From Octopus vulgaris (Eukaryota): a stretch of DNA of 64,000 nt. Under the pieces are notes generated by a model. The model worked only from the letters and a program-made list of their open reading frames with translations, did no database searches and had not been told where the DNA came from. Of the stretch, positions 27,461 to 41,756 are shown piece after piece. Positions within the stretch are counted from its first letter, which is position 1; every line of letters begins with the position of its first letter. The position numbers and the translations under genes were made by a program. The stretch is taken from NCBI GenBank assembly GCA_951406725.2, contig OX597815.1, positions 53,692,001 through 53,756,000 of the forward strand, given 5' to 3'.

Positions 27461-28427
27461 CTACACCCACATATACATATATGAACACACACACATATAC
27501 ACATGTATTTAGGTATATGCGTTTATGCGTATCTGTATAAGATGTGCGTATGTATGCATGCATATCGGTACAAAGCATTATGCTTGTTTGGATATGCAAG
27601 TGTTCGTATGTAGGAATCCTGTGCTTGAATGCATTTTGCGCTAAAAGAATGAAAAGGGTAATAACTATAAAAAAAAGGAGTATGTAAAATTGGAAGGGAG
27701 AGTCAAGTATTTTAGGGAAAAAATCATACTACAACAACTACAGCCTCAACAACAATAAAAACTAAAACTAGAACAAGAAAAACAGCTAGAGTTGTATTAG
27801 AAACGTGAACAAAAACAAATGAGCAAAAAAAAAACCGAATACACAACTACGATAATAAACATAGTCAACAAGAGAGCAAATTCGTGTGTGAGAGAGAGAG
27901 TAAGAGAAAGAGAATGAGAGAGAGGGAGATTGGAAACGTCAAAAAAGCGACTAAGCGTGAAAGAAAAATACACGCAATAAAAGAAAATTTCGTTGGATGA
28001 TTTAGAAGAGCAAGCAAGATGTATGGCTGCCTGTCAGAGAATAGCATTCAAATATGGCTTAAATGTAACTAAGTTTTCCGTTTCTCCTTCTTTATTTTTC
28101 ACTTTCTCTTTTACTATAGTAAATTCATTCATTTTTATTGAAATTTCTTTAAACATGTTATATTCATTATTACTCTCTCTTTTTCAATGTGTGTGTGTGT
28201 GTGTGTCTGTGTGTGTATACATATACTGACGCACGTATATTTTTCTCAGTATTTTCATTTCGTTCATATCTTGTTTATATTCTACACAATTTTTAGTCAT
28301 TTTTTCATCTCTCATATAATATATTATTCAGTTCTCTTATATAAGTCATTCAATTTTTTATTATTATTATTTTATAAAGTAATTCTTTTAGTTTCCTTCG
28401 AATTCGATAATATAATTCATTCAATCT

Positions 28428-28658
<231 letters not shown>

Positions 28659-30008
28659 TCGTTCAATCATTTTGCTATATAAAAATTTTAATGGATGCCT
28701 TTTTTCTTAAGTTTTTTTAAGAAAAAATTATACTTTATTGAATTCATTCTAGAGCGATCATTGATATTTTATTTATGTTATTTTTGCGTTTTATTATAAC
28801 TTCTTCCAGAGTTTCACCACAAATCACACACATGCATACACTTGCATATATATTTGCGATCACATGAATGAACATAGATTCATACATACATATATGTGTT
28901 TGTGTTTGTGTGTGTATGTATGTGTGTGTATATGTATTTGTGTGTGCGTGTAAAGATATAAGTATATATTTTTACACTCACGCACAAATGCATATGTATG
29001 TATATATGTATGTATCTATCTATTCATCTATGTATCTATCTACCTGTTAGTCTGTCTGCCTCTGTCTTTTCCTCCCTCTCTCTCTCTCTACCTCTCTTTA
29101 TCTCCCCCTCTCTCCCTCTCCCTTTCTATCTCTCTTTCTCTTTCTCTTCTTCTCACACCTCCTTCTCTTTCCCTCTCTCCCTCTGTATGCATTTAAAACC
29201 GAAACAGATATCCAATACGTCTCGATAGCATTCTTCTCTCTCCATTATGTAGTTCAAAGCAATATGTTGCTGCTGTTACATTTTCTAACTTCACTTGCAA
29301 TAAAATGTTTTACGACATAAAATATAATTCTGAATACAAAATAAGGAAAAGCACATATATATATACGATGTAAGTAAGCAGTGTTAGTTTATTGAACTTT
29401 GAAATTAGGCATGAACGGTTAATGAGCTCTGTTATATTCTTGCCACGAAGGGATAAAACGGTTTCATTCAAGGTTTGTGATAGTTGTTCTAGCTATCGTT
29501 GTTCTTCTGTTGACCCAGGTCAAAGCTCATGAAATAGAACTATGATCAATGTTTTCAAGTCGTTAGGGTAGTGTTTTTTTTTTTGGTGGTGCGGGTGTGA
29601 ATGTATTCTTTTATTTTTTTACATGTTTCAGCCCTAAGGCTGTGGTGACGCTGGAGCACCGCCAGTGTAATCTCTTTTTCAATGGCCAAAACTTATGATT
29701 GGATTTTGGTATTTGGGACTACTTTGCACTATGTGAACTTCCATGTCAAAAGGTGTTAGAGAATTATGTGATTGACAACTGCTTACTATTTTTAACAAAC
29801 AGACCCTTTTCATTCGGCTTGTTAACACTACTGATTTCCCAATATGTGTTGTAGGAGATTAAGAACATTTATAAACCGCACTGTGTTTATAGACATTTTT
29901 TGCTTTATTAACTCTCCACCTGCATTCCCAAGCAACCCAGCTCCGAATGGACCTAACAATCTCTCTCCCGCCTCTTCATCTTTCTTTCTCTCCATACACA
30001 CACACATT

Positions 30009-30129
<121 letters not shown>

Positions 30130-32356
30130 ACAGATTATCAGCTCTCCTAATATGAGTAAAACCTAAATTCCAAAGAAACTAGGGATGATCTATGTTTCGA
30201 AGAATTAGTCAAAAACATCTCCCGTCCGTTTTTAAAGCAAAGAAAATCAAGGTTCTTAACGTCAGACACTCCATTATTTGTGGCAAGTGAGCTCCGCGAA
30301 ATCTCCTGTTTCCCAGTGTACAATAAGCTAAGTGAATTGAAAAAATGTAGATGTGTAGTGCCCCATTTAGAAATATAGCAAAAGGCTTACAAGAACATAA
30401 ACATGCCTTTTAATATACCGAATCAATTCGACAGTTTATAGGAGATAGTTGATTCTTACGCTTCAGAACAGAAAATGCTTCTTTCCTTGATAGAGAATAT
30501 CTTCTACGTGTATTGCCAAGATGTCACTCCTGCATTTTATTATCAAGAATGCTAGCCATATATTTTAGGGTTTTCTGCTGTAAATCATTTTAGACAATCT
30601 GAGCCTCCAATACATATCTTGACTATCATCCTATGATTATATTTGTGAAAGTTACCTTCTAAAACATGAAAACAGGCCAAAGTGTATTCAGTTGCCAAGA
30701 AAACAAATCTTTCTTGTCATGTCAATTTTTTTCACTCCCAAAATGTCATGGCACGAATCTCCTTCACAAAACTACCTACTCTCTTGGATTGGTGGCCACC
30801 GTCTCTCTTGGATTGGTGGCTTCCTGTTAGATTATACTATCGCTTCGGATACAGCTAAGATTTCTCTCTCATCGACCTTAAATCAACTCTTGTAGGTTCC
30901 AAGTTTTAGTTTACCACTACTCCCTTTTCTCCATGCATTTACGACTTATATGTTAAGTCAGCGACGCCGAATCTTATTCTAATGCCATTCTTCATTCATG
31001 TGTAAAGTTTTGTAACCCCAGGCCAAACTATCACTGAATCAGTAAGCATTAACTTAGAAATCGAAACGAGCGAGATCACTTTAAAAGATACCTAGATGCA
31101 ACAACAACACATATTAAGAAACAATTATCAGATCTCATTCATTCATAAGCAGAAACGGCCCTTAGAACTATCATTCAAGTTTGCTAAAAGTGTTAAAACC
31201 CCATAAGACTGAGTGTATCCGTTGATGAATGAGAATACTTAATGTTGCAATGATTGCATCACAAAGACTGACTTTCCTCTGCTCGATCAGTAAATCTTTT
31301 TGCCCACAACTACTAGTTCTCTACAAAATTTAGGTGAGACCTACGGTGTACTACTCTTAAATGTGTAAGGTACTGCTGCTACACAGACGAACATTCTAAT
31401 TACAGCGAAAGAAAGACAGCTCGAGTGCTTTGTATTCAAGTCACCAACCCATACACTTTAGCCACTGGTCTCTAGAAGTACAAAGTGTTAGAACTAAATT
31501 TGTCTGTTTGCATTAAAGAAAAAGTCTACAGAATATCCTACCCCAAAATCAAAGTAATTTAAAAAATATAAAAAATATCAACTAGATCATGGCTGGGGGA
31601 TAATAGTTTACTCAAAGTGGTTACTCTCAGCTTCTACCACGGCCTCAAAATAACACTAGAATCTGGCGCATGCGTCCTTCATTATGTCCCTGAGAAGATC
31701 TTCTAACACTTCCTACATCTTGACCACTAGCTCGGTTTAGTATTCGCAAGCAGAGTGGATATAGTCTTTCTCAGCTGCGCCCCGCACATACTAATCCATG
31801 AGATTACAATCTCGTATATATAACGAGAGAGAGAGGTGGGGAGAGAGAAGCGGGAGTAATGCAGGACGTACCAATACAGACACGGAGTGCAGAAAAAGGT
31901 AGTATTATAGATTTAATAGAAAATAGAGTTTCAGTTATAATATTCAGGTCTTCGACTTGCATATGATGGAACGTATATTGGGGAATTATCAGATAATTGA
32001 AAGAAACTCACGCAGGCGAATATCTTTCGTTTTACCAGTATTCTTCATAAGCATTGATTTGAGATTGCAATCACAATTAATGTCTGAAGAAAACTGAATT
32101 GAGAAAGGATGCAAGGAGAAGGTGAAGAGCCAAAAGCGAGCGGAGATCAAGACGGGAAGGAGAACAGTTTTTAGAGTGTGTGTGTGAACTTAAAGGGAAA
32201 ATACTGTTTGCAACGAGTGCTTGATGAGGAGTACTGTGTATGTTGAAATGCGTGTAGTAGCTGTGTAAATTTTGTGGTATTGGTTAGTCTGAGCGTGAGA
32301 ATAATGGTGGTGTGCATGTATGTATGTATGTTTGTGTGTATGTATGTATGCGTGTG

Positions 32357-32389
<33 letters not shown>

Positions 32390-32391
<2 letters not shown>

Positions 32392-33000
32392 CTCCTCCTC
32401 CTCCCTCCAGTCGTTGACCTGCGACGAGAGCCCTGCTACTGACATTCTGTCCTGGGTGCCTTCAAGTAGAGACGGCACTTTCTGTTGCTCCTTCGCCGTT
32501 CTCAAAAAATAGTGTTCGTAAAATATTTTATCTCGTTCGGCTTAACAGCCCTTCTTGTTTGTGTTACTGTTATTCTCCTTGTCCTGTCTTTTACTGTTTA
32601 TATTTTGTACTGTCGTTACTGTCCTGTTTTTGTTACCATTTTTACCCTTCCGCAAAAAAATCTCAAATTTTATTTAATTTGATTTTCGCGGGAAGGATTG
32701 TTTCATTAAAGTCATGTATCGCCTTGACCTTCGAAACGTGGAGTAGATGAAACAAAGGCGACTGAAGAAAAGGAATTTTCCTTGTTTTGTATGTCCTGTA
32801 CTCTATTTTTTCGTTGTTTGAGAAAAATGTCCATTTCCTTGGTTTTGTGTTTATGTTTTCGTTTCTCATTGTGTTCGACGTTTTTTTGGTGTCCTGTACC
32901 CATATATGCATGTATATACACATGTAGAGGTAGGTACGTACATATATGTATGTATATATGCATATGTTTTATTTATTTATTAATTTTATATTTATATATA
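32390..33000 (+). repeat. Unclassified interspersed repeat, copy 1
   Basis: Highly similar to 57670-58260. Confidence 0.9.
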
Positions 33001-33115
33001 TATATATATACATGTATTTTTCGCTGTATTTTTCCTCTAGAGAATTTCCTTGTAGTTTGATCGTTGATGGTCTATTTCTAGCATACGGCCGACTCCCTAG
33101 CAGTAAGCCCTGCCA

Positions 33116-33227
<112 letters not shown>

Positions 33228-33248
33228 ATATAGGGAGTATATATAAAT

Positions 33249-33359
<111 letters not shown>

Positions 33360-34298
33360 TATATATATATATCCTTAAATCAGTCCCTAGCATACTGGGA
33401 GAACAATGGGCGTATTAGATCATGTAGTGCTTATAAAACATGATATGATCAATAAGATTTGAACTGGGTTAAACAACAACAATTACATCAATACCAACAT
33501 AAACTACCAGCAACAGTACCACCACTGCCACTACGACCATCATCATTACCGCCTCACCACCACCACCAACAACAACAACAACAACAACAATACTAACGAC
33601 AACAGCAACATTGAATTAGAATTCCAACTTTAATGAATAACTCTGCTCCGATTGCTAGTTTACTTATTGTTCTCCCCTGACATATATTATAACCATTCCG
33701 TTTCATTGTTTTACAGTTATTAATTAAAACTACTTGCTTCAAAAATATCACATTCAGTTCCCAACTATTGCAACGATTGACTGGCATTCAGTGATCCTGC
33801 GTCTCATTTGTCATAAGAAATATCCAACTAAAATAGAAATAGTAACAAAAAATATAATAATCCCGTAGGTATAATCGAACATAGAAATACGTTTATAAAG
33901 ATATCTATGTATGTATGTGTGTGTGTGTCGTAGTTGTTTTTCTCCTGACATATAGTATAACCATCCAGTTTTGTAGTCTTACAGTTATAAATTAAAGTTA
34001 TTGGTTTTAAACATACACCTTCAATTCTCAACTGAAGCTTCAAAAATTTAGATATTATGATAAATGGAACATAGAAATTCATATATTAAGAGTATACAGA
34101 AAGAAAGATTAATAGTGCGGTAAGCACAGACTGTTTGTGGAAATTACAAGAAAAGGGAATGATACGGTCTGACTATATAACCAGTGATCGCTGTTTGGGA
34201 CGTTAGAAAATAGAGACTAACTTCGAAATTAGCATGATAAATATAACGCTTTCAAATAGTTTGTGTTAAGTAATGTAATTAATATATATATTTATACC

Positions 34299-34368
<70 letters not shown>

Positions 34369-34432
34369 CAATTCAAATAAGCAAACAATTTAATTGTGTA
34401 TGTGTGTGAGTGTGTGTGTTTGTGTGTTTGTA

Positions 34433-35302
34433 CGAGGTGGTATCAAAAGGCTCTTATTTGTCTAAGTTTTAGCACCATCTCCTTCGAAATAGTCACTTTG
34501 CGCAGCAATCCACCAGTCCCACCGTTCCTACCACTTTTGGAATCTGTTCTGGAAGTCGTTATTTTCTTGGTTTTTTTTTTTTTGGTCTTTTTTTATGAGC
34601 GAGTCGAGGACCTTCTGCGATTCGCTCTTGATCTCGACAACAGATTTAAAGCGGTAACTTTTGAACTGCATTTTCATTTTGGAGAAGAGTCGGGGGTCCG
34701 CTTGTGCTAAATCTGGCGAATTGGGCGGATGAGGAGAGTGAGGAGAGCTTGGTGACAGGGTTCCTTGTCGTCGTCGAGAATCTAATTCTTCGCACTCCAA
34801 AGAATGTTGCTTTTGCTGAATGTCCTCCCTCAAATGCTTCAAAACGCCGCAGTAGAACTCACGATTAACGGTCTGGCACTGGCGGCGGCGGCGGGGGTGG
34901 GAGAGCGAATTGTAGATGCACAATATCACAGTTCCAGGGGTATGACGTTCGTGGCAGGTGTTCCAGATGGCTCATCATCCAGGAACTTTTTTCCGCTTTT
35001 GGAGCGCTTGTGCTACTCGAATCATTGCGCACGACCCATTGTCTCGTCGCCATAAGCTTCCCGAAACAGGCTCAATGAAGCAGTTTAACGCCGAATTTCA
35101 CGTTGGCTCTTTTTTTCTGCCCATGACAAAATCGCAGACTATAGCATATACATGATAAAAAAAACACAAATTTTTCAACTTGCTAAGTAAACACAGCGAT
35201 GACACGCGGCACACTGGTTCATGAAGGTCATTACTAGCTCTCACTGTGCACGTAAATGTGTGCTGCCATCTTTAGTCTAGGGACCTTTTTCACACCACCT
35301 CG
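34433..35302 (-). mobile_element. Internally deleted mariner transposon with TA target-site duplication
   Basis: TIRs CGAGGTGGTATCAAAAGG / CCTTTTTCACACCACCTCG flanked by TA; transposase relic QTVNREFYCGVL..HPPNSPDLAQAD..LFSKMK. Confidence 0.92.
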
Positions 35303-35426
35303 TATGTATGTATGTATGTATGTATGTATGTATGTATGTATGTATGTATGTATGTATGTATGTATGTATGTATGAATGTATGTATGTATGTATGTATGTA
35401 TGTATGTGTGTATGTATGTATACGTG

Positions 35427-35480
<54 letters not shown>

Positions 35481-35484
<4 letters not shown>

Positions 35485-35846
35485 GAACCTGACGACTAAA
35501 ACAATACCTGTTGTCATAGGTGCCCTGGGAATTATAGCAAAAGGGGCTGATTGCTACCTAACTCAGATAACAAGAAACCCCAAAAGGGCAGAAATTCAAA
35601 AGATAGTGATCATGGGAACTGCTCATATCCTACGCAAAATACTTTCTATGTAATCTCAAGTTTTAAAACAAACATAATTTTCGTATGTTTTTTTTTTAGA
35701 CATTCACAAGTACAACACTAAATACAAAACCAAATATATGGCACACTAGGCATAACAACAACATGAACTTCCAACCTGTTGTCTCTTGAGGTCTCTGGGT
35801 GAGACTTGGATCCAACTTGTACAAATATAAAGCAAAAGTCAAACAT

Positions 35847-35848
<2 letters not shown>
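35481..35848 (+). mobile_element. 3' end of a second R4/Dong-type family
   Basis: WNLTTKTIPVVIGALGII...EIQKIVIMGTAHILRKILSM*, then 3'UTR; (TAA)n on both sides. Confidence 0.8.
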
Positions 35849-35918
<70 letters not shown>

Positions 35919-35937
35919 TAGAAAGACTATATATAAT

Positions 35938-36006
35938 AACATAGAAAGACTATATATACAACGTATAGAAGGTGGTAGAGGCCTTATACAGCTGGAAAAC
36001 TACTAT
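35938..36006 (+). mobile_element. Tiny R4/Dong-type post-RT fragment
   Basis: IERLYIQRIEGGRGLIQLENYY (RLY..R..GGRGL motif). Confidence 0.75.
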
Positions 36007-36048
36007 GTAGTGAAGTGAAAGCACGCTATAAAAATAAAAATAAAACTA

Positions 36049-36126
<78 letters not shown>

Positions 36127-36152
36127 AAGAACAACAACAATAATAATAATGA

Positions 36153-36231
<79 letters not shown>

Positions 36232-36232
<1 letters not shown>

Positions 36233-36482
36233 TGCCCTGATGCAATATCAGGCACTGGATCTTAACTGATGAGAAATGTTATCGTGTACATGTTTTGTCT
36301 TGGTGTAAAAATTGAGTCACGGCAAATATTTTGCTCAGTGGCACAGATTTGCTTGTCACTTGTTTGATCTTATCCAGTTGAGCATGTCCCTTGGTGGATG
36401 ACGATATGCGCGTCTCTCATCATGGGCAGAAATAGAGAGGGAGCACCATAGCCATGTGTTGAGAAGAATTCTTTGGAGTTTG
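36232..36482 (+). mobile_element. 560-bp element, partial diverged copy
   Basis: Starts ATGCCCTGATGCAATATCAGGCAC after (TAA)n; colinear to ~36482. Confidence 0.85.
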
Positions 36483-36518
36483 AAGATGACAAATAAAAAA
36501 AGCAAAAGGAAGTCAACT

Positions 36519-37458
36519 TCTTACTATAATGGGCGTTATATTCATTTGTCTGTCCGTCTGCCTGTTCTCTTTTCGCGGTCAGACGGCTGCACCAATAGTC
36601 ACGATGTTTTTCGAGATTACGAAGGAGGTAATCAGGAAAAAATGTGAAAAAATATGATTATTTAGTGGAGACTGAGATTTGTATTAATAAATCACTTTTG
36701 ACTTTTTTGTTAAAATTCCGGTGAACAGGATTAACTCTGGATTCCCTCAACCCCGTATAGTTTGTGAAGTTAGAAGGTTTAGATTTGCGATACTATCCCT
36801 TTATCTACTATCGTAGATGGGCAGATTCCTAAAGGTTCCGCTCACGCATTCACAGCAAACAAGACACATGGCTAGACTTTAGATAGTGTAGGTGTGTTTT
36901 TACCCACTTCGATGTTTACACACGGCCAGTTATACGTCGCAATTAGTAGAGCAACGGACTCCAGTAATTTGAAAATTAGTGTCGACCAAACAGAAAAATC
37001 GTCTACAAAGAAGTTTTGTAATCATTCTGATATTATCGAAAGGAATATGATTTATAATTTAAATAAAGAAATTTGTGAATTTTGAATGTATAACAAGCGT
37101 AAAATAGCGTAAACAAGTAAAATAAAAGTATATCTAAATAACATTTTTTTCTTAATAATTTTCATGTAGTGGTCGAAAGAAGGTCTGGCTTTCATTAGGA
37201 GTGGTCCACAATACCATTCATGATACAGAGGCTGGGAGTCTATTTCAGGTCGGGAGTGAATCGTCATCACACGTCACTTAGTCGCAAATGCATGTCATAT
37301 AACCGCAATAGAATGCTGTATCACCAACAATAATGTGATTTCTCCAAGACATCACCCAGTAATATATCAAGTCCATTTACACATTTCTCAGTACATACTG
37401 CTGTTATGGCTTCCCTACTTCATTTTAGGCTTCCATCGTAGATGGGTAGATTTGCTAG
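36519..37458 (+). mobile_element. Non-autonomous Helitron carrying a PIF1 helicase C-terminal relic
   Basis: 5' TCTTACTATAAT...TTTGTCTGTCCGTCTG; AFTANKTHG*TLDSVGVFL...FTHGQLYVAISRA at ~36840-36990; 3' hairpin CCATC-GTA-GATGG followed by CTAG at 37455-37458. Confidence 0.85.
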
Positions 37459-38425
37459 CAATAATAATACAAGCTATATCTCTACTTTGGCGAGCGTATA
37501 TTGAAACATAGCTATGTTTAAGTGTGTAGATAATTTTGGAATGTAGTTGTATCGTACAATACATAAATACATATATGTGTGTGTGTGTGTGCATGTATGT
37601 ATGTATGTATGTATGTATTTATGCATGTATACATGTGTGTGCACGTATGTGTGCGTGCGTGTGTGTGTTTGTTGTGTGTGTATGGAATAATATGACTGGA
37701 TAGGAGTTAACGTGTGTATATAAGCTTTGGAAACGTGAAAACTCGTTGTATATACAAGCATGGTGAGTGATGTAGTGTGCCTGGATATGTGTTCATTTTC
37801 TAGATTTGAAAACGTGTCTACTTATATGCATGGATATATTTATTTGTATATAGACATAGACGCACATATGTATATACGTACACAAAAAGTATGTGTGTGC
37901 ACATGGCATTCTGTATTTTTTCTCTTCTGCTTTTTAAATACTTTCTTTTGGCACACGCTTGCTTCCATGCATGCTCACATACATGAGCGTCTGCCAAAAA
38001 AAAAAAAATTAAAAAGTACATATACAAGAAACAATATGCCAACTCACACGGCAACGAATTATTATCTGTAACAAGTTAAGAGAAATCTTGTACAATCCGT
38101 CTTTAATTGGATCGACTAGTTTTCCAGAAACAACTGAAAATAATGCGGGTCTATGTGTCTTGTGTATATATATATGTATGTAATATTTACTTGTGTTTAT
38201 TTATGTATGTGCATACACACACACACACACACAGACACACACACACACACGCACACACACACACACACACATATATTATATTATACGCATACATGCACAA
38301 ACGCATACTATCACACAAAATACAGACACATATATATATATATATACACAATATATATATATATACATTATATATATATACACACATATATATGTATGTA
38401 TATGCATATACGTACATACATACAA

Positions 38426-38462
<37 letters not shown>

Positions 38463-38773
38463 CATATATATATACGTAAAACAATTTGAAAATGAAACGA
38501 AAAAGAATAAAATAAACAATGTGTCCCTTAAAAAATATATAAGTATAAAAATGAGATATCTGACAAAGGAAGCGAAAAATATTAAGGAAGAAGCAGTTAC
38601 AGCGACAATAAAAACAGCAACAAGAACAATGATAATAATAAGGACAGAACGCATTATGCCAAGAATTAAAAAAGTGATCGAATTGTAAATAATCTAAAAC
38701 GAAAACAAAGAAAAAAAAAAGATTATTAAAAATTCCCGAAACGAAACGATATCATGAGAAACTCTTAGTGAAA

Positions 38774-38826
<53 letters not shown>

Positions 38827-40450
38827 GGTGGTGGTGGTGGTAGTAATGATGCTGCTACCACTGTTGATGATGATCATCATCATTATCGTCAGCTTCATCA
38901 TTATTATCCTAATGAGGATGGTGATAGTGCTGGTAGTCATAATAGTGATGTTGATGATAGCGAGAGTGACAATGTTAATTTTGATAGAACAGAGCTATGA
39001 TCAAAAGAATTGTAATCATGACCATGCCATCATATGTTTTTTTTTAATTGCATTTTGATGGGGTTTTTTCCTGACAGTGAAATTATACAATGTGCACTTC
39101 CTTTATATAAATTAAGACTGGATGAAGATCTGGCTACTATCTCTAGCAGATCGTCTATGCTGAATGATGTTAGTGGTGTTGATGAAGTCATAAAGGATGT
39201 TGATTATTGTAATTATGATGATGGCGATCGCCATGTTACTCTAAAATTCAGAGATTTAGTTCCAGCAACATTCGTGGAATTTTTGTTCATCACCCCACCA
39301 TATCATCATCCTCTTCATCCTCATCTTGCATTTCCTCATCATCGTCATCATCGTCGTGGTTGTCGTTGTCGTCACAACAGCACCAGTACAAGTTGCATCT
39401 TTATAATCATAGCGAACAGTATTTTCTTTGCGTTTTCTCCTCCTTCTACATCTTTGTGTGTGTCTGTGTGTGTGTGTCTGTGTCTGTCTGTCTGTCTGTC
39501 TCTTTCTCTCTCTCTCTCTCTCTCACTTTCTTTATATATTTTTGTCTTTTTGTCACTCTTTTCTCTCACCTATCCATTTTTCTTATGTATATTTGGGCTT
39601 GCCAGTGACCAATATAGAGAGAGTAAAAAGAGAGACAGAGATAAACAGAAGGGGGAGAAAAAGAGAGAAAGAGAGAGGGAGACAGATGACAGAGGGGTAA
39701 AAAGAAAAGAGAGAGATATAAGAGAAGAAAAAAGAAAACGCTCCAGAGAACTAGGATGTATTTTCCTCTATAATAAACCATGCTCTGATTTCACATGCCG
39801 TTTCTCTTATTTTCCCTTTCTTCCATTCTTTATCTTTATACAATTCTCATTATCTCCTTTCCCCCCCCCCCCCTCTTTCTTTCTGCCTCAATATAACTAT
39901 ATTTTTGCCAGTTTCTGTCTGTTTTACATACAGAGAGAAAAAAAGTGAGAAGGAAAGAAAGGGAGAAATAAGAAGACAGAGAGCGACAAGAGGAAGAGTA
40001 ATAGACATAGATGTAGGTAGAGAGCCAGAGAATAAGTATTTGTTCCTACAAGACATACTGTGATGGCTTCTCTTTAGCGGATATTATAGTTTTCTTACAC
40101 TCTGTCTCTCAGCTTTTCCCTCTGTCCACTTCTCTGTCTTTCCCACTGTATCTCTGTCGTTCTCCTTCATCTTTTTATCTTTCATTCGATTTTCTTCCCC
40201 CTAATATACAGTGAGCGAGAGAGAGAGAAAAAGAGAGCGGAGGAGAGGCTTGCTCTTATGACCAGCCATACCATGACGATTTCACTTTTAGAGATAGAAC
40301 GCTTTCGTTTTTCTCTCAGCAATTCTCAGCGAATCTCAGCGACTACAGCGACTTTCTATTACCCCACCCTTCTCTCTCTTTCCATCTCTCTCCCTCTCTG
40401 TGTCTGTCTGTCTGCCTGTCTATCTGTCTGTCTCTGTCTCTGTCCCTCTC

Positions 40451-40485
<35 letters not shown>

Positions 40486-40771
40486 AGCTCTCTCTTTCTG
40501 TCACTATATCTCCTGCTTCCTCTACTTTTGTTTCTTTAATTTAGTACTTCAGTATGATATTTTCAAGCCAATTTCTACTACGAATTCTAACCATGATGCT
40601 GAAAATTAGTGCATCTCTCCATCTCACGCCAACCTTCCCCGTATCATTCTCAACACACATACACACACATATACATATATATACGTACATATATATGAAT
40701 ATATACATCCATCCATCCATACATACATACACATATATATATATACATACATACATACATACATACATACA

Positions 40772-40841
<70 letters not shown>

Positions 40842-40941
40842 CATCTCTCGATCTCGCAACAAAGGCAATTAAACACGACACTACTTACTCATGAAAGCAT
40901 CAAAATAATGGTCGGTTCACTGAAACAAGCAGAGCGGACAA

Positions 40942-41087
40942 TTCTTCTTCTTCTTCTTCTTCTTCTTCTTCTTCTTCTTCTTCTTCTTCTTCTTCTTCTT
41001 CTTCTTCTTCTTCTTCTTCTTCTTCTTCTTCTTCTTCTTCTTCTTCTTCTTCTTCTTCTTCTTCTTCTTCTTCTTCTTCTTCTTCTT
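40942..41087. repeat. (TTC)n microsatellite; another at 9192-9292
   Basis: Read directly. Confidence 0.98.
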
Positions 41088-41251
41088 TCGCTACTGCTGC
41101 TGCATCTTCCAAACTGTTCTGTTGTCAAGCAGTACTAGCCATTTTACCAACGACGTTTTTTTTTTTGCAAAGATTTTTATTGGCATCAGTGTTGTTTTAT
41201 TGTTGTTAGTGTATTTTGTTATTCTTGTAGCTGTTGATCATCATCATCTTT

Positions 41252-41297
<46 letters not shown>

Positions 41298-41497
41298 CCA
41301 CCACCACCACCACCAACATCATCATCGTCATTACCGCCGTCACCATCATGGTTGGCGTCGTCATCTCCATCATTATCGTAAACATCATAGTCTTCTTCCT
41401 AATCCTACTCAGTTTTTTTCTCAGTCATTTCACTTTTTCTGTTCGCTCTTTTCTTTGTTACATAGTTACTTGAAGTTTTAGGTAAACTTTGGTATAT

Positions 41498-41564
<67 letters not shown>

Positions 41565-41577
41565 GAAGGTAGAGAAC

Positions 41578-41626
<49 letters not shown>

Positions 41627-41756
41627 CAGACAGACAGACAAAAAGCTAGTGAGAAAGAAAAAGAGAGAGAGGGGGAAATGGAAAAGCCTTGAACTACGTT
41701 GCGAAAAGCCACAAATTTATAGTGGGTGGATAACCGGTATTATTATATGGACACCT

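Noticed and set aside
39034-39948. 304-aa ORF as a host gene
   Set aside because: Built from microsatellite and low-complexity tracts, with no domain.
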